Shown in pieces: positions 9,291 through 18,034 of a stretch of 64,000 nt of DNA (the stretch's first letter is position 1; every line of letters starts with the position of its first letter). Location of the stretch: NCBI GenBank assembly GCA_963777605.1, contig CAVZRV010000006.1, positions 32,001 to 96,000 on the forward strand. The letters are read 5' to 3'. The translations under genes were made by a program, and so were the position numbers. The stretch comes from an uncultured Acidobacteriota bacterium (GTDB lineage Bacteria; Acidobacteriota; UBA6911; RPQK01; JAPXNP01). The notes beneath the pieces were generated by a model. The model worked only from the letters and a program-made list of their open reading frames with translations. It searched no databases and had not been told where the DNA came from.

Positions 9291-9937
9291 GAAGCAAGCG
9301 GACACCCTCACGCCAGGAACACAGCCGAAGCAAGGAAAAAGCCGGATACGCGAGCAGCCGCATGCTCGGAATCCACCCCGAGCGCCACCGCCACGTACCA
9401 GCCGGCGACGTTCCCCCGCCCCCCGCGACCAAGGCCACCGGTCAAAGCAACCGAACGGCCACACCACCAAGCCGAAAGCCCCGACAAGCAGCCAGACGCG
9501 GCACGACGCCGAACCGAGTACCCAGCACGCGAGCAGCACGGCCACATCCACCGCGAACGCCACCCACCGGCGACAAGGCCGGCGCGCCCCACCCTGAACG
9601 CGTACTGCGCCGGCGGCAGCCCGCCTTCCGCGTTCGACGCCCGCGGAACGCGGCCAATACCACGGCCGACCGCCATCCCGGGACAACCACCCAAGGACGG
9701 CCGGAGCACGAACGCAGCCCCCCTTGCATCGCAAGCGCCCGGCCGACAAAGCCCGCGATCCCGGCGCTCACGAGGAAGGTCGACGCGCGAACAGGCAGCA
9801 GAAGGAACGCGCTGCGCACCGCGAATCCCTCCGAATCATAAAGATCCCGGAACCCTCGCCAGACCCACGTCGAGCCCTCGCGCCCAAGCACGCCGCCCGC
9901 GCGAAGACACGTAAGAACCGAAGAACTCGAGGAGCCG

Positions 9938-9967
9938 CCCCCCCCCCCCTCCCCCCCCCCCTCCCCC
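9938..9967 (+). repeat. Poly-C tract interrupted by single T residues
   Basis: About 30 nt of near-pure C, seen directly. Confidence 0.9.
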
Positions 9968-10410
9968 TAGCTCTCGCACGGCTCCCAGGTGTAGACGTTC
10001 AACGTCACGGGCTGGCCCAAATACCGGATGACCCGGGTGAACGAAACCAAGTCCTTCATACACCCGCCCGCCTCGACCGCAGAATCGCACCTTGGGCTTG
10101 TACACCTCGCCGCAGCACTGGACGTAATCCGTGCTGTTGTACGACCGCCACTCGCCCGGCGCCAACAAGATGCTGGAAAGTGGGAAAGCCGAAGTCAACG
10201 CTGAGATGGAACGATTACGGCTGGAACTTGGAAAAGTCAAAGAAGCTGCTTCCGCTGCATTCGCCCGGTCCGGAAAAGCCAATGAAATGGCCGGTCAACT
10301 CGGTCAGAAGTAGCAAGATTGGCTGCTTGGGGCCCGTCACCTCAGGAAGGAGTAACACGCCGAATCCTAGTGCGAACCCTTGCCTAAAATTTATGGACTC
10401 AATATCTCAT

Positions 10411-12490
10411 TCATCGTTCTTCTGTTGAGAGGAACAGCTTCCTCGCAGTGATAGCTTCAATTCTTTCCTGCAAAGTTGGGTAGGAGGGCAAGAGTAGATA
10501 AGGTTCGTAGTTGACCTTCAGTATAGACGACCAGGCAGACAACCACCATGCTCGCCCGCTTCCACTTGTCGGGTAGCCACCATCGGGGCGACCTTGGCTA
10601 TATAAGGCAGGCCCAAGTGAATATAGTGCCTCAATTAACGGATCCACGCTCTTCAGGTGCGAGCACGCAAACTCGTCGGCCCGTTGCTCCATTTCTGAAG
10701 TTTCAATTCCCAAAGCAAGAAATCCCCGTCCCAATCCTACGACAACTGAAAGAAGTGCCAGCCTTCGGACGGTAGACATGTCGTTTACGATATGCCCTAG
10801 TTCATGAAGGATAATTGCACGTAGGGCATTCCGACTCACGACTGTCTCATCAAGCAAAAGCTCACCAAGAACGATCCTCGACCGCCGCGACAGGAGGCTG
10901 CAAGGCTCTGAGTAAGCCACGGCACCGGAAGCTCGGTCAGAAATTTGGAATTCGATCAAACCGGTGAGACCTAGGTCCGCTACATCCGTTTGGACCATCT
11001 CCAAGAGTTGATGTTCGACCCTGTTGTTGCGGTCAAGCTTACGCCAACGCCGGCGTCTTCGATGTCCACTCCAAAGAACCAAGAGGCTCGGAGAATAATG
11101 GCCAAACAGTCCTGTGATTAATAGGATAACTACTGGGATGTCCACGCGCGGAGCAATTGAAAGCGCCCACGACCAGGGCTCAATCAGGACCCACGATGTG
11201 CCTATCTTCCACCATGCCATCCAGAAGCAGCAGATGACGACGACCAAGGTCACACTTTGAATCAAGGCAAATCCGGCCGCAAGATAGAGTTTGCAGCTAC
11301 TGAGAGTCGGCAATTTGGCCTGATCTTCCTTCAGCCTGGATGCGAGAATTTCGTAGCGGTACACGGTCGCGAGCTCCGACTGAACAATCAGGGCAAAGCC
11401 GATCAGGCTAAGCCCACATGCAACCCAACTTATTATCAGAAGTCCTTCGGCCGTCGGCCCAATCATCGAGCGTGGGAGTACATTTAAGGACTCGGCGCAC
11501 CGTTCTCGAAGGGTGGAGGACAAAAATGGATACCACCGTCCTTCACCCGAGGCCAGGAACGGAAATGGTTCCGTCCTGTAGGCCTCTTGCAAACATAGCG
11601 GATTCTCGACACACCCAGCATAATTGCCCGCGATCAGCCAGAAAGAAACGATTGCCAGAAACACGATCAGGACCGGCGCACTCCAACGCCGAGACCAAAG
11701 CAAAGACAGCGAGTACCGCAGATCGTGCCGCCGTCTCCCGGTATTCGTCAGTAAGCTCAAAGGGTCTGGTAAAAGCAGCAGCAACAAAAGCACGCCAAGT
11801 AATATTGGGAAATTGACCCAGCCTAAGACGAGCAGAAGCACCAAACCCTCCAAACCAACCACGAGAAATGTTCGCTGTGAACGCTTCGCTGAATCAGTCA
11901 GAAAGGCTTCAAGTTCAACCTCAAGGTCTGGGCCAAATGCTTGGCTCATTTGCTCGAGTGATATCGTCTCCCGCCGAAAGAGTGTGAGAATCACCGCCAC
12001 AGCACCAATCGACAATAGACGAGCCTAGTAGTCCTGCTATCAGAATTAGAGGACTGTCCGAGTGCGTCTGAAGTAGGATAGCCGCAATAGCCAGTGAAAA
12101 TGCAGTAAAGAAAACCGCGTAGATCCACCGATTCAAAGGCCTCTCGAGATGCCAATCGGTCGTACCATCGTCAGCACGCGTCGTGTGAAGAATAAGCCCA
12201 AGAGGCGAGAGCGCACCGGGCCGTCCCCCCGCAGCAAGATAACGAACGCACTGCCACAGGCAAGGGCAGAGACTTTCAACTCCCAAGGCGATCCCGGACC
12301 CTCCATGAGTAACGCCCCCACCTCTGAAGGCGGAAGCCGAATTCGTCCGAAGATCACGCTTCCCCCTTCACCAGCCTCTCAAACTCGTCGTAAATTCGAG
12401 TACTCTCAGAACGCCCCAAATTCCCCAGGCGGACCAATGCGTCGATTGTTCCTCGCCTCTGACTGGAAGGAAGCCGCAACAGTCCCTCAT
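10411..12490 (-). pseudogene. Multi-TM M48/M56 (HtpX/BlaR1-like) zinc metallopeptidase; N-terminal part frameshifted, 10411-12015 open
   Basis: RAIILHELGH (HExxH), EQRADEFA and SYPTLQERI motifs; upstream hydrophobic fragments in other frames. Confidence 0.7.
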
Positions 12491-12499
12491 CGGCGGTCC

Positions 12500-13005
12500 T
12501 GACCTCCCTTAAGCAACCGGCCGAGGATCAAGACCGACGCAGAAAGCGAGCGATTCGCGGTGACCGACGAAAACCCCAGCCCCTGCTGGAAGGCGAGTCC
12601 CGAATCTGGAGTCCAACTGTCCAAGAGACCTTGCCTCTAAAGCAGGCTCCACAACACCTCAAATTTACCCGGCATCGGCCGTGAAAAAGTGCTGTACAAC
12701 CTCGGTGAGGAGCCCCTTGCGCCGTTCCCAAGGATTCTCAGCTCTATGGCGATCCAACTTCAGCTCCCGCAGTGCGCCCTCGGCGGCTCTCTTCCGACTG
12801 CGTCAATTGCGGTGGGATCTTCATCGGCAATGCAGTCCGTCGACGCGCTTGAGCCGCTTGAAGGTTAAGGAACTCCTCCCAACAGCGCCGGCAGGTTTCG
12901 ACGTGAGCCAAGACGTTCCCGCATCTCTTCGGTCCCAAGTTCTTGCTCGACGAGCTTGGCCAACGTCTCGCTCGACGGGCAATGCGATCGGGTCCTCTCA
13001 GTCAT
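12500..13005 (-). pseudogene. Zinc-finger (zf-HC2) anti-sigma factor, frameshifted
   Basis: MTERTRSHCPSSETLAKLVEQELG then a frameshift to VLAHVETCRRCWEEF (HxxxCxxC); 3' end approximate. Confidence 0.65.
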
Positions 13006-13019
13006 CGAAACTCCCTCCA

Positions 13020-13633
13020 TGGTACGCACCCTTCTTGAGCTTCCTTACGGCATTATCATTGGCCACTCACACCCGTTCGTAGGTTGTACCCAACCTTTTC
13101 AGCAGTCTCCTCAAGAGTCCACCGAAGAATAGCCTCACACATATGATGAGCCGCTCCATCCGGTGAGGCAGATTCGGGTCAAGCAGCAGCGGAATCGATC
13201 AGCTTGCGCAAAGGATCACGGCCAGACGAAATTACATCCTCTTCAATCGATCATTGTCGACTCCAGCACTTCAATGATCCCCTCAAAGTTGATTCGGTCG
13301 GCCGTGCTCCGGTAGATGACCGTATCGTCGGCAACCGTGCCGGCACCAGAAACCTCAAGCCAAGATCGTCTGACCCCAGTTCGTAGAAGTCCGATTTGCC
13401 CGCCGCTTGAGAAATGTCACGGCTCGGTTAACCACAATCCTCTTCGCAAAATACAAGGTCAGTTCAGGATCTTGAATTCGATTGATTCCACGGTAGAGCC
13501 GAATCAGCGATTCCTGAACAATGTCTTCCGCGTCATCCGGATTATTCACAATCGCATATGCCCACCTCGCAAGCGGCTTGCTCAGTGCGCCGAAGACAAA
13601 ATTCCAAAGTCGACTCAGAGTCCTCTGCTTCAT
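13020..13633 (-). pseudogene. ECF sigma-70 factor; region 2 intact, region 4 disrupted
   Basis: WAYAIVNNPDDAEDIVQESLIRLY...RIVVNRAVTFLKRR is the ECF region 2; premature stop at 13355. Confidence 0.7.
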
Positions 13634-13859
13634 TTTGTAATCGCCGAACCGCCTCTCCCAGTGTCACACCGCCATTTAGCCACATTCAGCCTTTCTTGAT
13701 AAGCCCCAGAGTGCGACTTCAAAGGCATTTCGCAACTCGGTCTAACAACCAAAGACCCTGCAAAACCGACCTTGGCGTCCAATCTCCCGATGATTTCTCG
13801 CCCGCAATACTCCCGGTGGGTCCTCCAAGGCGAACTCTCACGAAAGGAGCAGACGCCCC

Positions 13860-14087
13860 ATGAAAGACTCAACCAAAATGCCCGAACCGGTCGCCAAGTT
13901 CGACGGAAGTGCCGCCGATTGTGCGTTCTACCGCCACAACCGGAAATCGCGGCGTCAACTGCCTCTTGACGGTGCCTCCTCTGAACGGCCGGGTCCTGAG
14001 GAACTGGAAAGAGCCCGTCAACGCCACCAGGAAAAGCAGCTCGACCGAGTCGCCGAGTTCGCAGTACAGGACGTTTTGGAACAGTAA
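13860..14087 (+). CDS. Small hypothetical protein
   Basis: AAGGAG upstream; first ORF of the plus-strand run. Confidence 0.4.
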   Translation: MKDSTKMPEPVAKFDGSAADCAFYRHNRKSRRQLPLDGASSERPGPEELERARQRHQEKQLDRVAEFAVQDVLEQ

Positions 14088-14102
14088 AGAAGGAGGTAGC
14101 AG

Positions 14103-14789
14103 ATGGACACCACTAGTCTCAATGGACTGGTCTGGGCGGACGATGATTTTCCCCAGCGGGTCCGCATTCTCATTCGCACCATCGAAATCATCATGCCGGC
14201 ACCGATCGGCGTCAAGCGATCCACTCTGTTCGGGGATGGCTTCCACTCGATCGGAGAGATCTTCGTGGAAGACGCGGTCAACCGCCTTGAGCGGCTGGGG
14301 TTCATTCGGGTAGTCACCAAGGGGCGGGCGACGCTTTACCGCCCGGTCCTCAATGAAGTGACTGAAATTGCGATGAGCTTACAGTTCCACTCTCAATTCA
14401 GGGCAGCCCAGGGTGAGAGGGCTGCCCTGAGGTCCTCCAATCTGACAAGGAGGTACAGAGTTGAATCACAACTGGTTTATTCAAGGGTTAGTGATCCTGA
14501 TCTTGTGCTGGTTCCTCCGGGATCGCGTTCCGTATATCGGCAGACTTCCCGGAGATTTCGACATTGTCTTCGGCAACGTCCGGTTGTTCCTGCCCATCAT
14601 GTCCGGGCTGCTGCTCAGCCTGGCCTGGTCCGTCATCCGGGGGATGCTCGATGGACGGTAAGAAGCTTGCGCCCTTGGCTGCATTTCTTTTGCTCGTTCC
14701 CCCGATCGATCGGGTTTTCAACCGATTCAACCGGGAGTTCTTCGAAGCGGTCGGGCAGGTTGCCGACCTGCTCGGGGAACACTCGGTGA
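14103..14789 (+). CDS. Winged-helix-like protein; probably only the first 95 aa or so are real, with the stop lost
   Basis: AGGAGGT SD; VEDAVNRLERLGFIRVVTKGRATLYR is a wHTH wing motif; the tail overlaps the DUF2905 gene. Confidence 0.5.
   Translation: MDTTSLNGLVWADDDFPQRVRILIRTIEIIMPAPIGVKRSTLFGDGFHSIGEIFVEDAVNRLERLGFIRVVTKGRATLYRPVLNEVTEIAMSLQFHSQFRAAQGERAALRSSNLTRRYRVESQLVYSRVSDPDLVLVPPGSRSVYRQTSRRFRHCLRQRPVVPAHHVRAAAQPGLVRHPGDARWTVRSLRPWLHFFCSFPRSIGFSTDSTGSSSKRSGRLPTCSGNTR
14398..14430. terminator. 12-bp perfect hairpin TCAGGGCAGCCC-N9-GGGCTGCCCTGA
   Basis: Seen directly; no U tract, so function is uncertain. Confidence 0.4.
14461..14661 (+). CDS. DUF2905-family small membrane protein
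   Basis: IGRLPGDFDIVFGNVRLFLPIMSGLLLSL signature; AGGAGGT SD before TTG. Confidence 0.8.
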   Translation: MNHNWFIQGLVILILCWFLRDRVPYIGRLPGDFDIVFGNVRLFLPIMSGLLLSLAWSVIRGMLDGR

Positions 14790-14860
14790 TCACCATTGGT
14801 CTCGTGGCCCTGCTTCTTGGCAGTGGTCCAGACACTAAGGAGGAACAAGATGCCCTTTAA
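14651..14860 (+). CDS. Small membrane protein (MDGKKLAPLAAFLLL...)
   Basis: Two hydrophobic segments; overlaps both neighbours. Confidence 0.5.
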   Translation: MDGKKLAPLAAFLLLVPPIDRVFNRFNREFFEAVGQVADLLGEHSVITIGLVALLLGSGPDTKEEQDAL

Positions 14861-15316
14861 CTTGTTCGACTCCCCCCGCCACTATTCTCCGACGGAGATT
14901 CTCAGCCAGCGCTTAGATCAGTGGGGCTACCCCAGCGGCAATAGCTACTGGTGGCGCCGCTATCCGGACCGGGCGGTCGAGGAACACAAATAAAGATGCT
15001 CAACAGCACCAATGCGGTTCCCGATTTCCAAGGAGACTCCTTGGTCTGGGTCGAGGAAATCGAAACCGATTTCGGGCTCAGTACCTATTGGCAGTCGTTC
15101 GGGCCCGTACTTCCCCTCGGATCGGCCGAAAGCGTTCGCGCCGGAAGTCGACTGCCACAAACACCGCAACTCCGACAAGTCCCTGTGCCTGGCCCACCCC
15201 TCTGAACTCGGCGCGGCACTACCGTCCTCGAGATTAGAAACATGGCGTGTGCATGGTTCTTCGCCTACGACGTGTACTCGAGAACCGGGGAATGGCCCGC
15301 TGCGGAGGCGGATTAG
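14850..15316 (+). pseudogene. Prokaryotic E2 (UBC-like) conjugating enzyme split by about 4 frameshifts
   Basis: AAGGAGG SD and ATG 14850. Stitched frames give WWRRYPDRAVEE / KMLNSTNA...LVWVEEIETDFG / QYLLAVV / PYFPSDRPKAF...HKHRNSDKSLCL / TTVLEIRNMACAWFFAYDVYSRTGEWPAAEAD*. Confidence 0.7.
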
Positions 15317-15325
15317 GAGGATCGG

Positions 15326-15580
15326 ATGCCTTTCAAATTTAGTCTCACTTTCTGGGCTGACCGGCCATTGATCATCACCATCACGGACGGTCAGAGATCG
15401 GTGAGGGTGGACTACTTCCCGGAACCGGAATACGAGTACTACGAAGATTACACGTACTTCCCGGAGACGACCCGCCCACTTACTTCTTTGAGGAAGAACC
15501 CGGACTCCTGCCGGCGCAACGCTACCGGCGAGGAAATCCACGAGAAGGGAGGTGAAAAGAAATGCCCGGTGTCAATCTGA
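15326..15580 (+). CDS. Small Tyr/Glu-rich hypothetical protein
   Basis: AGGAGG SD overlapping the E2 stop; PEPEYEYYEDYTYFPE tract. Confidence 0.5.
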   Translation: MPFKFSLTFWADRPLIITITDGQRSVRVDYFPEPEYEYYEDYTYFPETTRPLTSLRKNPDSCRRNATGEEIHEKGGEKKCPVSI

Positions 15581-15710
15581 ATGCCTTGCGAGACCGTTTA
15601 CAGTCACGGTCAAAAGTCGGAGTCAATAAGAACGGAACTCTGGAACGCGCGATCCGCAAAACGACGGCTCGAAGCAGGGTCCGACGACCCTGCAACCAGC
15701 CCGTTCTTGA
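15562..15710 (+). CDS. Short peptide, about 50 aa if one indel near 15650 is corrected (otherwise reads to 15777)
   Basis: Strong GGAGGTG SD; MPGVNLNALRDRLQSRSKVGVNKNGTLE, then the +2 frame gives DPQNDGSKQGPTTLQPARS*, followed by a hairpin. Confidence 0.5.
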
Positions 15711-15721
15711 GTGGCCGTTCG

Positions 15722-15750
15722 AAGCGGGGGACTCCCGATGGCCCCCGCTT
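15722..15750 (+). promoter_or_regulatory. 9-bp hairpin AAGCGGGGG...CCCCCGCTT between the peptide and JAB genes
   Basis: Seen directly; could be an mRNA stabiliser or partial terminator. Confidence 0.5.
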
Positions 15751-15773
15751 TCAGAAACCAGGAGTCGAAACTC

Positions 15774-16439
15774 ATGAGGAACTATCTCTTTAACCAATCA
15801 TCCGCATCGACCATGCTGGTTGAGTGCTTCCGGCGAGGTGACCAGCGAGAGGCGGGCGGTATCCTCGCCGAACGCGACGGTACGCGGGTGATTACCGACG
15901 CCGTGCCATCCACCGAACATGCCGAGCGCCAACGTTACACCTACTACCAGAGCCCGGAAGACGTCGCCTATCTGAACAACGTTCTCAGAAAGCTCGAGAC
16001 ACAAGGTCGAAGATTCTGCGGCTACTTCCATCGCCACCCCTCCGGTATGACCGGCTTGAGCCAGGGCGATCTGGACAGCTGTCGCCAGATCCTGAAGGAT
16101 CCGCACTATTTTCTGCCGGACGGGCTCTTGATGCTGATCATCACCGATTCGGAACGTTCCCGGATCCCGATTTTCCCGTACCTGGTCCGGCTCGAGGAGG
16201 ACCGTCCGGTGGTCGAACCCGTCACCATGACGATCCTTCCGGATGATCAGGTCGACACGATTCTTTCTTATCTCGAAGTGCCTCAGACAAACCGAAACAG
16301 CAAGGAGTTTTACGATGAAGAAGTGGTTCATTCTGGATCAGGCCCTCTCCGGCCAGTCTTCCGACCTGTACGTCCTGGAAACCGAGGACGGGCATATCAT
16401 CAGTTCGACGCCGCTCGACGCGAGCTTCAAGAAGGTTGA
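15774..16439 (+). CDS. JAB/MPN+ (Mov34) metalloprotease
   Basis: REAGGIL...GYFHRHPSGMTGLSQGD is the JAMM motif E...HxH..x..SxxD; AGGAG SD. Confidence 0.9.
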   Translation: MRNYLFNQSSASTMLVECFRRGDQREAGGILAERDGTRVITDAVPSTEHAERQRYTYYQSPEDVAYLNNVLRKLETQGRRFCGYFHRHPSGMTGLSQGDLDSCRQILKDPHYFLPDGLLMLIITDSERSRIPIFPYLVRLEEDRPVVEPVTMTILPDDQVDTILSYLEVPQTNRNSKEFYDEEVVHSGSGPLRPVFRPVRPGNRGRAYHQFDAARRELQEG

Positions 16440-17459
16440 GCAGGTCCGGGTCCCGTCCCAGACCGATTTTCAGGCTCGCAATGCCGGCCTCGTCGATCCC
16501 TCACGGCTCCAGGAGCATCGCATCCTGATCATCGGTGTCGGCAGCGGCGGTTCGAAGACCGCGACGAGCCTGGTGAGATCGGGGGCGATCAATCTGACAC
16601 TGGTCGATTTCGACCGGGTCGAAGTCTCCAACCTCTGTCGCTCGGAGTACGAACTGCCCGATGTCGGCGAGCTGAAGGTCGAGGCCTTGAAACGGCGCCT
16701 GTTGCGGATCAACCCGATGGCCCGGATCGAGGTCATCAGTAAGAACCTGCATGAGATGAGCCGCACTGAGGTCGAAGAGCTAATCGCGGGGCACGATCTC
16801 TGCTTTGAGTGCACCGACGATCCCAAGACCAAGCTGATCATCAACGCGGTCGCCTACGATCAGATCCCGGTGATCTACCCGGCCGTCTACGACGGGGGCA
16901 AGGGGGCGAGGTGCTCTACACCCTGCCCGGCATCACGCCCTGTTATCAGTGCATCATGGGCTCGATTCTTCCGCAGATGACCGAGGTCAAACGGGGGGAT
17001 TGGGACTATACGACCGGCACGCTGAAGCCGATGGCGGGGCTGAACTCCCACATCGACGTGGTGGTTGCGCGAAGTATCGATATCGCCCTGGCCATTCTGT
17101 CGGCAGGAACCGAGACGGATCGCTCGGACAAAGTCCTGGTGCCGGGTTCTTCCATTCTCTTTATCGGCAACGAGAGTGGGTTCTTCATTTTCGACGAGCC
17201 TTTCCAGGAGATCTGGGGGGAGACGGAAATCGACCCCGACTGTCCCTGTCAGCAAGCCCCCAGCCGGGAACCCGAGGGCAAACGCGATGAAGCGATCGAT
17301 GCCGAGGCTATCGCCTCGAGACCGGAAGATCCTCAACCTGTTGCGGCTGAGCCCGCACACGACGTCCCAGCTCGCCCGTCTCCTGTTTCCGAACCGGAAG
17401 AAGGCGAGTCAGCGGCTTCGGCAACTGACCGCGGCCGGCCACCTGAAACGGTTCAGTAG
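16315..17459 (+). CDS. E1-like ThiF/MoeB adenylyltransferase with one frameshift at the G run near 16900
   Basis: IIGVGSGGS, DFDRVEVSNLCR and KVEALKRRLLRINP; after the shift GEVLYTLPGITPCYQC...DPDCPC (Zn-binding Cys pairs). Confidence 0.85.
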
Positions 17460-18034
17460 CCCAATCGTCCACCCGACCGGCCGGCCCGAGTTCGTCTATA
17501 CGGGCCGGTCGGGTGCCGCGCAGCTATCACCTGATCCGACACGCACTTCAGGTGTCCGAGGTAACCGTGATCCTGCACGAATGGTTAGCTGAGAACCCGG
17601 AATTTACGGGCCGTCTCTACTGGCCGCAACAGGTCATACTGACGGGCGGGATCATTCCGGATGGGATCTTCACCGTGGCCCAAGGTGATCGGATGCTGCT
17701 CTTCCTGATCGAGGTGGATCGGGGCACGGAATCAAAGGCCGGTGCAGACTACAGCGTCCGTCGGAAGCTCATCGCCTATGGCGAATACTTCGATTCGGGA
17801 AGGTTTGCGGAGGATTACGCGATGCTCGGGACGTTCAACTCCTTTCGAGTGGTCTTCGTCTCTGTATCGGAATTGGCGTTGCCGGGGCTGCTCCGAATCG
17901 CCGCGGAAACCCAGACTGATTTCGTCTACTTCAAGCCAATGTCAAAGCTCACTCCCAAGACCTTTCCCGAGTCATGGGCTACGGCAAACCAGGATCGAGC
18001 GGACCTCTTTGGACGCACCGAGAGACAGACATGA
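17287..18034 (+). CDS. Replication-relaxation (Replic_Relax) family protein; frameshift near 17510
   Basis: RDRKILNLL...TTSQLARLLF...ASQRLRQL (wHTH), then IRHALQVSE, IIPDGIF and FLIEVDRGTE...KLIAY. Confidence 0.8.

Noticed and set aside
9290-10430. Genes in the 9.3-10.4 kb interval
   Set aside because: Only fragmentary hydrophobic or helical pieces in shifting frames; no product can be supported.
16890-16910. Programmed frameshift in the E1 gene
   Set aside because: It lies in a G homopolymer amid many other indels; error or mutation is the simpler explanation.
15774-17459. Type II CBASS or thiamine/molybdopterin sulfur-transfer operon
   Set aside because: No CD-NTase, effector, ThiS/MoaD or biosynthetic genes are adjacent; the NTase at 8014 is a different family in a separate block.
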